Source: the human T2T-CHM13v2.0 reference genome, Homo sapiens. Taken from it: 64,000 nucleotides of DNA. Shown one piece after another: positions 18,210 through 31,325 of this stretch. The DNA is taken from assembly GCF_009914755.1 (NCBI RefSeq), contig NC_060935.1. One strand, written 5' to 3'. Positions within the stretch are counted from its first letter, which is position 1. Every line of letters begins with the position of its first letter. The notes below the pieces were generated by a model, which ran no database searches, was not told the origin of the DNA, and saw only the letters and a list, made by a program, of their open reading frames with translations. Position numbers and translations under genes: made by a program.

Positions 18210-21020
18210 TATTGAGAATTCAAGGTTGGCTCAGCATTTGGAACTGAATTAGTATGGTTTGTCATACCAATGGACTAAGGAGTAAATAAAACACCATGTT
18301 CTTAATAGATTCAAAAACTCCTTTTGCAAGAGAAAATATCAATCCATATTAGCACCCTAAGAATAAAAGAGAACTCCTTAACCTGAAGTGAGCATCTTCT
18401 TAAGAAACTTCAGTTAACTTCATACCTATTGGTGAAAGCTGAATGTTTTCCCCTTATTGTTGGGAACAAAACAAGATGTTTGTTCTCACCACCTTTATTC
18501 AATATTATGCAGGAGGTCCCAGCTAGTCAAAGAGGAAAGAAAAAATATAAAGCCTATAGATTGAAAAGAGGAAAATAAAATAGTCTGTATTTGCAGATCA
18601 CAAAATTATCTACATAGTAAATCCCAAGGACTTTACAAAAAAAGTTACTTGTCTAACAAAGTTGCAAGAGTACAAGGCTAATAAACACCTACAATTGTAT
18701 TCTTACAGAGTAAACTGAATTAAAAATACCAATTAAAATAACAGTAAAGAAAACCTAAAAATATTAGGGAAAAATGTACAAAATCTGTGCAAAATTTTAT
18801 TACTGAAAACTGCAAAACACCAATGAAATAAATAAAAATTAATCAATGGAAAGCTGTACTGACTTGAACGATTCAATCTAGTTTAGATGTTAGCACTTTC
18901 TGAACTGATCTGCATATTAATTACACTCCAAATAAAATATTACAACAGAATTTGTTTGTAGAAACTGACAATGTTATTCTAACTTTCATAGGAGAAGACA
19001 TAGAATCAAGAATTGCCTAAATAATTTTTAAAAAGAACAAAGTTGGAGGACTACCTGATTTAAGACTTACCACAAAAAGAAAACCCAATAGTAGTCAAGA
19101 TAATGTGTCATTGGTGAAAGTTTAGACTCATTGACCAATAAAACCGAATAAATAACCCAGAAAATACATGTATATACATCCATACATGTATTCATTACTA
19201 AATGGCTGGATATTCATTTGATTTTGATAAAGGCACAGAGGCCATTTAATGAAAGAAAGGTAACCTTTCCAACTGGTGGTGGTGTAACAATGAGCTCCAA
19301 ATATGTATATCCTATCTCATACCATTTAAAAAAGAACTCAAAATGGGTCATAGAAGCAAATACAAAAGTTAAAACTGTAAAATTTCTGGAACAATGCATA
19401 ACAAAGTTTGTACAATTGAATTGGGAAACTATCAGATAGGACATCAAAAGCATGATTAATGAAAAAAAACTAAAGTGAACTTTATTGAAATTGAAATCTG
19501 CTGGGAAAATACTTTAGCAAATGAAAAGGAATGCCACAGACTAGGAGGAAATATTTGCAAAGCACATATATGATAAAAACCTTATATCCTGGAAATATAA
19601 AAAAACTCTTTATGTAAACCCAAATATAACCTTAAAACTCAGCAAAAAGCAAATGACCTATTATAAAATGTGAAAAAATGTGAATACTTTATCAAAACAA
19701 GATGTTTAGAAGGCAAATATGAACATTGAAAAGATGCTTAACATCACTAGTCATTAGAAAAATGCAAATTAAAAACCACATCAGATACAAATACACATAT
19801 ACTATAATTGATGAATACTTGCAAAATGACATACCAGAAGGAGCAACTGTGACTCTTACACACTGCGATGAACATGTTAACTGGTATAGCTACTTTGAAA
19901 AATAATTTTGGAGTGTTTAATAAAGTTGAACATACCCAACAACAACAGAAATCTCACTTCTAAATATTTACCCCAAGACAAGTCAAAATGTATATTCACA
20001 GAATCACCTGTATATGAATGTTATAATGACATTATATATGATTTTTAAAATGAACTATCTCAAATATTCTTCTACGGGTAAGTGGATAAACGTGGTTTGT
20101 TGTAACAGCAAAGGTTGCAGTCTAGGCATTTGAAGTAGAACATCACACCCAGATGGTACAAGCCTGTGGCCAGAAAAGAACTTAGAGGCAACTCTTCTGT
20201 CTAGCAGATGTGGCTGCCCACTTTTCCACTACTTCCTTTAAATGGACAATTCAGACATTACCCACAAACTTATTCCCCAAAAAATACACACAGTGAGTTT
20301 CCTCTCTCTCTTCCTCTCTCTACTTGACTATTCATTCCTGTTTTTGTGACCTGAAGACAGAAGATTGTTCTCACAAATTAGCCTTATTTTCTATTGTGAC
20401 GATGTATTGATGTGATCTTTCCATCTGAAGAACCAAAGGATGGCTGAGGCTGGATTTTCTCCACGATGCCTGGAGGACACAAGTGCAGGCTCTCAGCACC
20501 AGAGCGGTGGCCAGACAGTCATGAATTGGACAGACAAAAAAAGGATGCCATGAAGAGCACACTTAAACACTCATGCCCAGCTGCCCTTCATTTCATGTTA
20601 GGGCAGGGTTTCTAGCTGCTCTGGGACTGGGTTCCCAATTTAGCTGGGGGATCTTGAGGCTTATTATACATACAATGGAATATTACGCAATAATAAAAAG
20701 GAATGAATTACCGATACATACTCAACACCATGGGTGGATCTAAAGTGTATTATGCCAAATGAAAGAAGCCAGAATCAAAAGGTTTCATATCATACCATTT
20801 CATTCATATGACATTCTGAAAAGGCAAATTATAGGTTCAGAAAACAGATGACTTGCTTCTAGGTTCTGTGCGTAGAAAAAGCACTTGATATAAAAGTCAT
20901 GAAGGAATTATTTGGGGAGAGGAAACTGTTACATATTTTCATATAGTGATGGTTATTTCATGAATATATTGTTTTTCAAAACTTATAGAATTATATATTT
21001 TAATAATAAATTATTTCTTA
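18210..21020 (+). mobile_element. Old L1M ORF2 and 3' end (L1MC/MD-like), interrupted by an LTR at ~20101-20660
   Basis: ggtgaaagctgaatgttttcccc, tgtatttgcagatcac, aagatgcttaacatcactagtcattag, atgaaagaagccagaatcaaaagg. Confidence 0.8.
20101..20660. mobile_element. Solo LTR of an ERV (family uncertain) inserted into L1
   Basis: Starts TGTAAC, is more GC-rich than its flanks, and interrupts the L1 motif ggataaac...tacatacaatggaatatt. Confidence 0.6.
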
Positions 21021-21049
21021 TTAAAACATACATAATTTATAACAACATC

Positions 21050-22585
21050 TAAATACATGGAATTCTGATAAGTTTAAAATAAAACGTAAAAACATACAGA
21101 CTTAAAGTTAGAACATATTGCTGAGAGGAATTAAAGATGACCTATAGTAAAAAGAGACATGCATTCATATTCATGGATTTTAAGATTCAATATTATTAAA
21201 ATATTGATGCTTCTCAAATTGCTCTGTATATTTAATTCAATAACGATCAATACTATTGTAATTAAAAAAACAAGTATATTCTAAGTTCATTCAAAAGTTT
21301 ATATAGAAATGCAAAAGGACCTGGAATAGATGAAAATTTCAAAATTGGCTAACTTATACTACTTGAATTTATAATAGTTACAATAGTACAGTTTAGCATA
21401 AAGGTAGCTGTAAAGATAAATGATGTTAAATAGAGTTCCAAAATATACATTCATTTGGTCAAATTTTTGACAAATATGCCCATGTAAACTCAATGGTAAA
21501 GTATTGTCTTGTTAACAAATGGTGTTTAAAACAATATTTATCTAGAAAAAAGTATTCACAACCTTTGCTTCATAATATTAACAAAAATTAAGCCAAGATG
21601 GAAACAAATCTTAGTGTAAATTAGATAACTACAAAATTGCTTAAAGAAAATGTAGGAAAAAAGTGTGAGTGTCCTTGAGGTAAGCAACAATGTCTTAGAT
21701 AAGGTAAAAGTAGTACAGCTAATGAGAAAATATTGGTAAATTGGGCTTTATGAAAATCTGTTGTTCTTCAAAATACAACTTTATGAAACTAAAAGGCATT
21801 TTATAGACTGGAGAGAAAATATTTTTAATCCATTTATCTAACAGTGAGTTTTATTCAAAATATTTAAAGAACTCCTACCACTATAGTAAGATGACAAAAC
21901 TGAATTAAAATGAAAAAAAGCACAAAATAAGAAATACAGAAGACCAGTTAACACATGTAAAAATGCTAACCCTCATTAGTCATTAGATAAATCCGTGTTA
22001 AACTCACAATTAGAAACAGCATATACTTCCACTGAAATGGCTAAAATTGAAAAAGAAGGACAATACCAATTGTTGGGAAGGATGTTGAACAACTGGAGGA
22101 ATTATCAGTAGTAGCTAGTAGGAAAGAAAATAATTCATATACTAACCCACAATCCAGTAATTCCACTCTCAGATATATGAGAAATAAAAACATATGCTCA
22201 CAAAACAAATTGTATCCAAATTCTTATAGAATTTTTATCCATAATAGATCTAAACTAGAAAGAAAGCCTAATGTCTACCAAGAGATGAATAAATACATTA
22301 TAATATACCATGTAATAATATTTATAAATTTTTTAAAAAACGGATACATGTGGCAACATGAGTGCTACTCAAAAAATTTATTCTGAGAAGGACAATACAA
22401 AAGATTACATACAGCATAATTCCACACATGAAATTCTAGAATAGTCAAAACTAGTCTATAGTGGTGGAAAGAAGACAATTGGTCATCTTAGGCCAGGATG
22501 TAGCGGATAGACTACAAAGATTATAAGAAAAGTGTGGGAGGGTGATAGAAATATTCTGTATATTGTTTTTGGTGGTGGCTACAGT
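21050..22585 (+). mobile_element. Old L1M (L1ME/MD-like) ORF2 C-terminus and 3' end
   Basis: ttcatggattttaagattcaatattattaaa, ggacaataccaattgttgggaaggatgttgaacaactgg, aaaactagtctatagtggtggaa. Confidence 0.75.
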
Positions 22586-22840
22586 GTCTCAGCACTTGAG
22601 CTTCACATTGGCATCTCTTTGTCTTAGTCATTTGGTACTTCCCATTGTTTAGATATGCTTTACTTACTCTCCTCAGGAGGGCCTTCTGTTTGTCTGCCTG
22701 GAATTCTCTTGATCACCTCCCTCACCCTGCCTTTGGTTGGTTACCTCTTACTCTTCAATTTACTATTTCAGATCAAGTACACTTCTAGAAAGTCTTTCAT
22801 GTCCCCTTGGATTGGGTCGACTACCTGTATTTTACACTTT

Positions 22841-23603
22841 TTTTTTTTTATTTTACAACCAACAATATTTAATATTTCCTCATTGAAGAATAGATGTGAT
22901 AATTAAATCTTTTATAAGGCTTTAAAAAGACATGAAACATAAACCTAATTATACATAAAAGAAAATAATTTTAAACAAGAGCTTATTGTGATGACATTAC
23001 TCATAACTTTTACCTTTAAAACCTTTTCTTGGGTAGCTATTCAAAAGTAAAGACCGCAAATTTTGTTGCTCAGATTTCTTATGTTTTGTTTATTTAAGCT
23101 CTTTAGTTATTGACCAGATGTGTCATTAATTCATTTGGAGCATTACTATTATCAGTAAAATTTGATTTTTTTTTCCCTCAGTCATAGGTAAATCAGCTCC
23201 GCCTGGAATTTCTTTTTTTTTTAATTTATTATTATTTTACTTTAAGTTTTAGGGTACATGTGCACAATGTACAGGTTAGTTACATATGTATACATGTGCC
23301 ATGCTGGTGCGCTGCACCCACTAACTCTTCATCTAGCATTAGGTATATCTCCCAATGCTATCCCTCTCCCCTCCCCCCACCCCACAACAGTCCCCAGAGT
23401 GTGATGTTCCCCTTCCTGTGTCCATGTGTTCTCATTGTTCAATTCCCACCTATGAGTGAGAATATGCGGTATTTGGTTTTTTGTTCTTGCGATAGTTTAC
23501 TGAGAATGATGATTTCCAATTTCATCCATGTCCCCACAAAGGACGTGAACTCAATCATTTTTTATGGCTGCATAGTATTCCATGGTGTATATGTGCCACA
23601 TTT
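22841..23603 (-). mobile_element. L1PA2-type 5'-truncated insertion (L1 23213-23603) plus a ~360-bp 3' transduction (22855-23212) and second poly(A) tail
   Basis: L1 3'UTR ggttagttacatatg...gctggtgcgctgcacccactaactc carries GAG rather than the L1HS ACA/ACG. T tracts at 23213-23222 and 22838-22854. Perfect 55-bp flanking duplication at 22786-22840 and 23604-23658. Confidence 0.93.
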
Positions 23604-24493
23604 TAGAAAGTCTTTCATGTCCCCTTGGATTGGGTCGACTACCTGTATTTTACACTTTCATAGGACCATACAATAAAAGTGCGAATCCTACGAAGTCAGT
23701 GGGTTGACATTAAAAAAGAAACATCACACTCTACTAGGCTTTGAATCACTGAACTGGACGGTGTCCCCAAAGTCCTTTTAGTTCTAAAATGCTACGACTG
23801 CATGCGTACATTGAATTACTCATACTTGATTTTGGTGAGAGATCTACAAGGCAAGAAACCAAATTTCAAAAGAATTACTACAACTCCTTAATATATCTAC
23901 ACTAATGCAAGTATCATATGCAATATTTATTTGTTTCTTCTTGTCATCATTCTTATGTTTCAGAGCAATAATGTCATCTGGAACCTGTGAAGTGTTTGTG
24001 CTAGTGATTTTGTATCAAAGGGAACCAACACAATTGAATTAAGGTTAAAAATTCCTTTTTCCTCAGGTTATTTTCTTAAAGTAATAAAATAGTCTTGGTT
24101 TGGAGCTTGCTATTATATGTACCCAACAAATATTTGCTGTCCCGAAATATTGAAGATGTTAATACACTAATTATATCTTTCATTTTCCCTATTTATAAAA
24201 TAGGAAAATATTACCTATACTATTAGCAGTATATTACCTATATTGTTACTTATGTTACTAAAATATTGTCTACTATTATTAGAAAAATGTTAATTACCTG
24301 ACACAAAAGCATTCAATAAACTGTGATTATGAAAGAATCCAGCAGTAGAGAAAAAAGGTATATATATATATTTTTTGTTTATGGAAGCCTGTTCCCATCT
24401 GCTATCCAATCATTAGGTGCCAGGCACTTTAATCAGTGTGCTTCAGGCTGCCCTGCCTGACCAGGTGCCTGATTATTTAAAATGGAGACACCT

Positions 24494-24920
<427 letters not shown>

Positions 24921-26229
24921 AATGGAGACACCTACCTTTGTAGGAGTCAGAGGTTGTCACAGCTGGGGGACTGCAGAATAGGCCTAGGCAAAACTAAATA
25001 GTTACTACGTTGGGGCTAGAACTCAGCCAGGTTAATACTGTATTAATTATGGTTTTTTAAATGATTAAAAGAATTTTATTTGTGTTTCTGTTTCTCATTT
25101 CACAAATAGACTTACAACCATTGTACATTTATGATCTAACCATATCTCAAGTCATTTTCATTTTAGGATGAAAAGTCCAGAATTATTTACATTTCCTCCT
25201 GGGTCAGTGAAATTTTGAAAGTCCATTACAAAATGTCAAACTTTGGAATGATTATTTCATTTAAAAATGATTTTTATTTATTACCATTAACAAATGTTCT
25301 TTTCGTTACACAACTTATACTGGTTCAGTTTTGAGTGATGCCTTTTTTACAATCAGCTCTCAATCTATAAACTATAAATAATAAATGGAGAAGATCAGGT
25401 TTTCTTCTCCAAACAAAAGAGAACAAAATTATGCATTCATTCTACTTTAACCTGAAAAAGAAATTAAGGTAAGGATTGAAGTAAAAATGCTAACTTGAGA
25501 CTGATTTATTCAGGGGAAGATTGGAGGATTTTAGAGTGGAGGGAGGGAGAAAGAGACAGAGAAAAACAAAGAGGCAGAAACAGAGAAGGTACTTTTATTT
25601 CATGAGTGGGAATGATAAACTCCATCTTTTAGTGGCATTCTATCTATTAAATTTTTTACAGTGCATGCACCCTGTATTGATTAGTGAATCATCAGCCCCT
25701 ACTTTTAGATCCACCTGAAATTCTTGCATTTTATTAATATATTATAGTCATTTGTCATCTGTGAATTCTTGTAAACCCATTCCTCAGGAGAAATTGGCAA
25801 GTAACCTCTATAGGTATATTATAAGATCATCCTACCCAGGCAGAACAAATACCCTAACAGGTGGTTTTAGCTTCCCTACTAACTTTGTTTTTTTGTATAC
25901 TGATGCCTAATGTAAAATAACAATGTTAGATTTGGCTGCAATTTTGGAACTTTAAAAGCAAACCTAAGCATTTCACTTTTCCAGATAAGATGGACAGTGA
26001 TAATTACTATAATCAATACATCAAAATGATTGCTAAGCATTAAAAAAAGTCACTGATCTGGAAGTGTTAGAGAAAATAACTTTCTAAAGTGTGTGAACTG
26101 ATCCAAAAGAATAAACTACTTACAAGCAGAAATAATTCAAACCTTCATCATTCTTAGCTAACCAAACTGAACTTCTGATAGCAGGCTTAAACATCAACAA
26201 TTCATGTATTTTCCCCCAAACCACTTTGT

Positions 26230-26870
26230 TTTATACATTTCTAACACAGAAATAAATTGAAAGTGTAGCAAACTACATACTCACACTCTCTATTTAACAA
26301 TTGCTAAGATCTTCTCTCTGTCTCTCTGTGTATGTATGTCTTTCTCTTTTTCTCTCTTTTTATACACACATATTTTTGAAAACATATAATTATCATGACA
26401 CTTCATGCTTAATAACTTCTAATTCCTAACAGTAAGGAAATTTTATTACATAATCACAAAAATGGTACCATCATTAAGAAGGCGCCCAAGCACTTGTTGA
26501 TCTCTAGTTGATATCATCAAATCTCTAGTTGATACCTAGATTTTTGCCAATTGTCCAGCAAGTGTTTTCCATGGTCTACTTTCTTATTTTCATTGTTTTA
26601 ACCCAGGAAAATAACAAAAAAGTTCACACTTTATGTTTTGACCATTTTGTCCCTTTCATTTCCTTAGACTAGCTTTCCATCACCCCTTCCTTTTTCAAGA
26701 GTCCACGCCAGCTGAAATAAAGAATGTCTAACATTCAGGGCTGCTCTGACTCTTTTCTTAGGATTGCATGTATTTTGCCTTTCTCTCTCTCTCTCTCTCT
26801 CTGTATATATATATTTAGGTCTAAGGACTAGATGAGTTTTGAGATAAATATGTTTGGGGAGAGTACTTGC
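26230..26870 (-). mobile_element. L1MC/ME-type 3' end fragment
   Basis: tatcatgacacttcatgcttaataacttc...aaggaaattttattacataatcacaa...ttgccaattgtcc. Confidence 0.55.
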
Positions 26871-26981
26871 CTCACAAGTGATATTAGAAAACTTACATGA
26901 AAGTACAACAGGAGACAAATATTGTTACAAGATGTTGATTTTTAATCCCAAGCTGTTAATATTTATCAGTTGGTCCAGGGG

Positions 26982-27557
26982 TACATTGATTAGTATTGTA
27001 TTGTTGCTTAACAATATTGCCACAAATTTAGTAGATTTAAACAGCACTCACTTATTATCTTCCATTTCCTCTGGATCAAGAGTCCAAGCATGGTTAGCTT
27101 GGTCCTCATCTTCAGAATTTCACATGGAGAAATCAAGACAGGCTATGGTCTCATCTGAAAGTCAGTTGGGAAAGGAGCCACTTTCAAGCCCATGTGGTTA
27201 TTTGCAGCATTGAGCTTCTTTTGGGCTTCCAGATTTACGGCCTCAGTGCCTTGGCCTAGTTACTGGACACAGCTCTCAATTACTTACCAAGCCACATGGC
27301 CTTTAATAGGTCTGTTCAAACCACGGCAACTGTGGCCTCAAAGCCAGCAAGGGAAAGAGTTGCTCGTACAACAGATATTACAATGTCATATAACCTAGTA
27401 AAATACAGGTAATAGTGTACATCCTGTTACTTTTGCCACATTCTGCTTGTTAAGAAGCAAGCTAATAGTTCTGTCCACACTCAAGGGGAGATTGTGCAAG
27501 GACATGAGCACCAAGAAGCAAGGATCATGGGAGTCACCTTAGAATCTGCCCACCACA
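26982..27557 (-). mobile_element. MLT1F-like MaLR LTR
   Basis: The reverse complement begins tgtggtgggcagattctaaggtgactcccatgatcc...ccccttgagtgtggac. Confidence 0.85.
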
Positions 27558-27803
27558 AGGTAACACTAATCCTTCTCCTATGTAAAGATAAATTTCCATG
27601 GTGCTTTGACACCATGTGAATAATTTAATAATTTAAAAAATCATTAATATTGAATTAAGGCTAAATTTGAATTGGAAATGTTTGTGAGTCCAGATTTTTG
27701 TAGATATATTATGTAAAGTAGAATTTCGTAGAAATATTATCTATATAGATGCTCCTCAACTTACAATGGGGTTATGGCCTCATAAACATGCATTTAATAC
27801 CCT

Positions 27804-28341
27804 TGTTAGATATGAGTGCTAAATTTCTCTTCAAAGAATCAATATGTCAGTATGTTAAATTCTTTGCCTTCTAGTTTTAAACTTCCTTGTAAATCAACCT
27901 TTTTCGATTACCTGCTCCACCCTAACTCATTCCAATCACCTGCTCCACCCTGACTCATTCTCCATCCTGACTCATTCTCCACCCTGACTCATTCCAATTA
28001 CCTGCTCATTCTGCACCCTGACTCATTCCAATTTCCTGCTCTGCCATAACCATTTTTCCCACCAAATCACTCACCCTGTCACTCTCTTTAAATTAGACAA
28101 TTGGAATTAGTTTAGCCTATGCTGGCTAACCCTAGACGATAGGGGAATGGCACAGCAGCAGGGGCCACATGTGTCAGGGATAAGAACCCGTTCCCCTCCC
28201 TTGTCCAAGTGTGCACTCACCATTGCTCCATCTGTAAGGGTGCACCCTTCTATAGAAGTACATTGCCTTGCTGAGAATTAAAAAGAAAATTTTATATTTG
28301 AGTGCTATTTCTTTTGCAGCACTGAAACTTTATTTATAACA
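27804..28341 (+). mobile_element. Solo LTR10F-type LTR (ERV1, HERV-I-related)
   Basis: Starts TGTTAGATATGAG...aaatttctcttcaaagaatcaatatgtcagtatg, contains internal cctgctccaccctgactcattc repeats and ends ...tttataaCA. Confidence 0.9.
27911..28035 (+). promoter_or_regulatory. Tandem AP-1 motif array (LTR10 VNTR)
   Basis: TGACTCA at 27951, 27968, 27985 and 28019, plus degenerate TAACTCA at 27923. Confidence 0.7.
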
Positions 28342-28679
28342 CACTTAACCTACTGAATATCATAATTTAGCCTAGCCTACCTTAAATGTGCCCAGAACAC
28401 TTACATGAGTGCATAATTAGGCAACATCATCTAACACAAAGCCTATTTTATGATAAAGTGTTGACTGTCTTATGTAATTTATTAAATACTGTAGTGAAAG
28501 TTAAAAACAGAATGGTTGTATAGGTACTCAAAATACAGTTTCTACTGAATATGTATTGCTTTAGCACCACCACAAATTCAGTGATCATTGGTTTGTGGTG
28601 TGTGTATCTGTGTATTTGCAATCTGATCTACCAGATATTCCCTATTCAAACTTTAAAGAGCTTTTTAAAATATCTTTTG

Positions 28680-29041
<362 letters not shown>

Positions 29042-29059
29042 TTAAATTATTTTCTCAAT

Positions 29060-29790
29060 TTTACGACATACATAAAAAACTCAAATTACAAAATAAAAGT
29101 TGCAACTGGCAATAATCCTAGTAAGTAAAATCTAAATTCTTTTCAGACTCTTTTTTTTTTTGCCCTTACGAAATATCTTATTAAGGATATATAGTCAGAG
29201 TCGTGTTTCACAGGTTCTGAAATGATTGCTGCCCTTATGTATTTATGTTGTCATTGTATGTTTATATGTTGCTATTTGGATTCAATATTAAGGCTTACTA
29301 TATTTTCTTTAAAATTTTATTTTTATGTTTTGATTATGTGAAATATTTACTTGTTTCAAAGGTCAACAGTACTTTAAATTCCAAATAATTCTAGTCTCAG
29401 CTCCTTCCTATCCATTTTACTCACACCCATCCCTATATAAGCTGTTTTCATTTATTACTTTATTGTTTATTAGGCCAAAATAGATATATGCATATATTTT
29501 CTATTTTTATTTTCTGTCTTTTCATACATAAAAGTCACATATTATTATATTGCTCTGAAGCTTTTTTATTTCTTTTTTTACTTTATAATATATCATGAGA
29601 TTATCTCCATATACTTCATAGAGATTTTCCTTAGTGTTTGAAAGTTGTGCAGTATTGCATTGTGAGGATACCATAGTTTATTTAAAGGACAGTTTAGTCT
29701 TGCTCATGAAACCTTGTCCTTTGGAGTGGTGCTGAACTAGATAACTTCTGTGTATGTCATTTCCTACTTGGGTAGGTGTATATTCAGGTG
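29060..29790 (-). mobile_element. L1MC-type 3' fragment
   Basis: atatagtcagagtcgtgtttc...tgtgaaatatttacttgtttcaaaggtcaa...cagtattgcattgtgaggataccatagtttatttaa. Confidence 0.55.
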
Positions 29791-29794
29791 ACGA

Positions 29795-30250
29795 CATAGG
29801 TTGAAGTCCTCAGGAAATACGAGATAAAGCTTCACGTGCAAAAAGTTTACTAATGATTGTTCTCATTAGTAAACTTTAGTAAATATTAGTAAGTAAAAAT
29901 TAGTAAAATTTAGTAAAATTAGTAAATGATTTCCTCATTCATGAGGAAAAAGAAAGAAAGCAGGATTGAACAAAGGGACATGTCAGGTTCTGATGCAGTA
30001 TTACAGGAAGGCTGTAACCAATGCTCTGGAGCTAGGATGGCCCTTCAGAGTTGTCACAAGTTAAGGTGAGGACTCCAGGCCTTCACACCACTGTAGCAAT
30101 CAGTAATTACATACAAGATGTACTGCAAAGGAGGACTTTGGGGCTAGTCAACCTTCTTCATCTGAAAACCACAAGTTTTTAGCGGCAATCTAATCAGCAG
30201 TTGGGTGACTATATCAATCCTAAAAGAGAGATTGATATAGCACAGTACAG
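29795..30250 (-). mobile_element. LTR16-type ERVL LTR
   Basis: aagcaggattg...tgatgcagt...gctctggagctaggatggcccttcagagttgtc. Confidence 0.65.
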
Positions 30251-31325
30251 AATATATGATAGTTTACCCTTTATGTCAGTTTAATATATTTGCATCATAT
30301 CAAAAGTTCTGGTGGGCTTCTTTTGCTAGAAAAAATGCAAGATAGTGGTAGATTCGTAGGATGAACTGCAGTCCCACTGCTGTAACTGGTGTTGCAGCCA
30401 CAGCTAATTATGACCTTCGTCTATTACTATCCACTCTAAAAACCCCTTCCCTTTACTTAGCCCCTCTACTGATCCTGGTGGCTCACCTTGTGGTGTGGAC
30501 AAGATCCTCATTCCTGAGTAGTCTGTACCCCTGGTTCCCATGTTATTTTGCAGCATCAGCCATTAAACTTATCCTTGTATCATCAACATTAGGCAAGGGA
30601 GAACTAAGACATATCCAAGTTGATAACTTGAATTTCAAACATATTGGTCCCTCTCTCCATAACGGGACAACAGCTCTTCCCCCTTGTAAAGATCTGGGTG
30701 AATTACACCTACCAGGATTGTGAATTGTATTCCACCCAGGTGATCCCTTGGCAGAAGAAGCCCATGGCACTTGAGTAAGTCTTAGACTAAAGTTCAGTGG
30801 ATATCTTGATGGACACATTTCCCTTTTGAAAATCATATCTTCTAACCACAAAGAACACAAAGTTGAGGGGTGTGGACCGCTCATTTATCAAGTAGATCAC
30901 TGAAAATAATGGAAAGCACAGACCTTCTTGGCTCTACCTACTGCTTTCCAGACCTATATATTTTACCCATTGGAGACACAATGTCATCTAGTGGATGTTC
31001 ATATAAGGTGTGTGTGGTGTCCTAGAAGATGATGCCCCATCTTCACAGGGTATTGTCTGCAAGTTGGTGCCTCAGCTGTGTCTTCAACAGCTTGGTTCTA
31101 TTGCTCTATTAGGCCAGCAGTTTCTGGGTGGTGTGATATATATATATAAAAGAACAAGTGGATTCCATAAGCATATCTATAATTTAACGCTGCCCTTGCT
31201 ATAAAGTGGGTCCCTTGGTTCTATGTGACATTACACTGGAGCTTGTGTTGATACATAAAACATTCCATATGCCTTAGATAGTGGCTCTGGCTGAGATTTT
31301 GAAGGCAGGAAAGGAAAACATGTGG
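30250..31325 (-). mobile_element. Decayed ERVL internal sequence adjacent to the LTR16-type LTR
   Basis: Contiguous with the LTR. Motifs agaagcccatggcacttgagt, aaagttcagtgg and ataaagtgggtcccttgg resemble ERVL-int. Confidence 0.5.

Larger units (their letters stand above)
27746..28590 (+). mobile_element. MER47A/Tigger5-type DNA transposon relic, split by LTR10
   Basis: agatgctcctcaacttacaatggggtt...tgcatttaatac, resuming at ttaacctactgaatatcataatttagcctagcctaccttaaa...aaaaacagaatggttgta. Confidence 0.85.

Noticed and set aside
22655-23676. Two ORFs sharing the peptide RKSFMSPWIGSTTCILHF
   Set aside because: The shared peptide is just the 55-bp target-site duplication translated in the same frame.
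27911-28035. Repeat array superficially resembling CRISPR
   Set aside because: Eukaryotic context, no unique spacers and no cas genes. It is the LTR10 internal VNTR.
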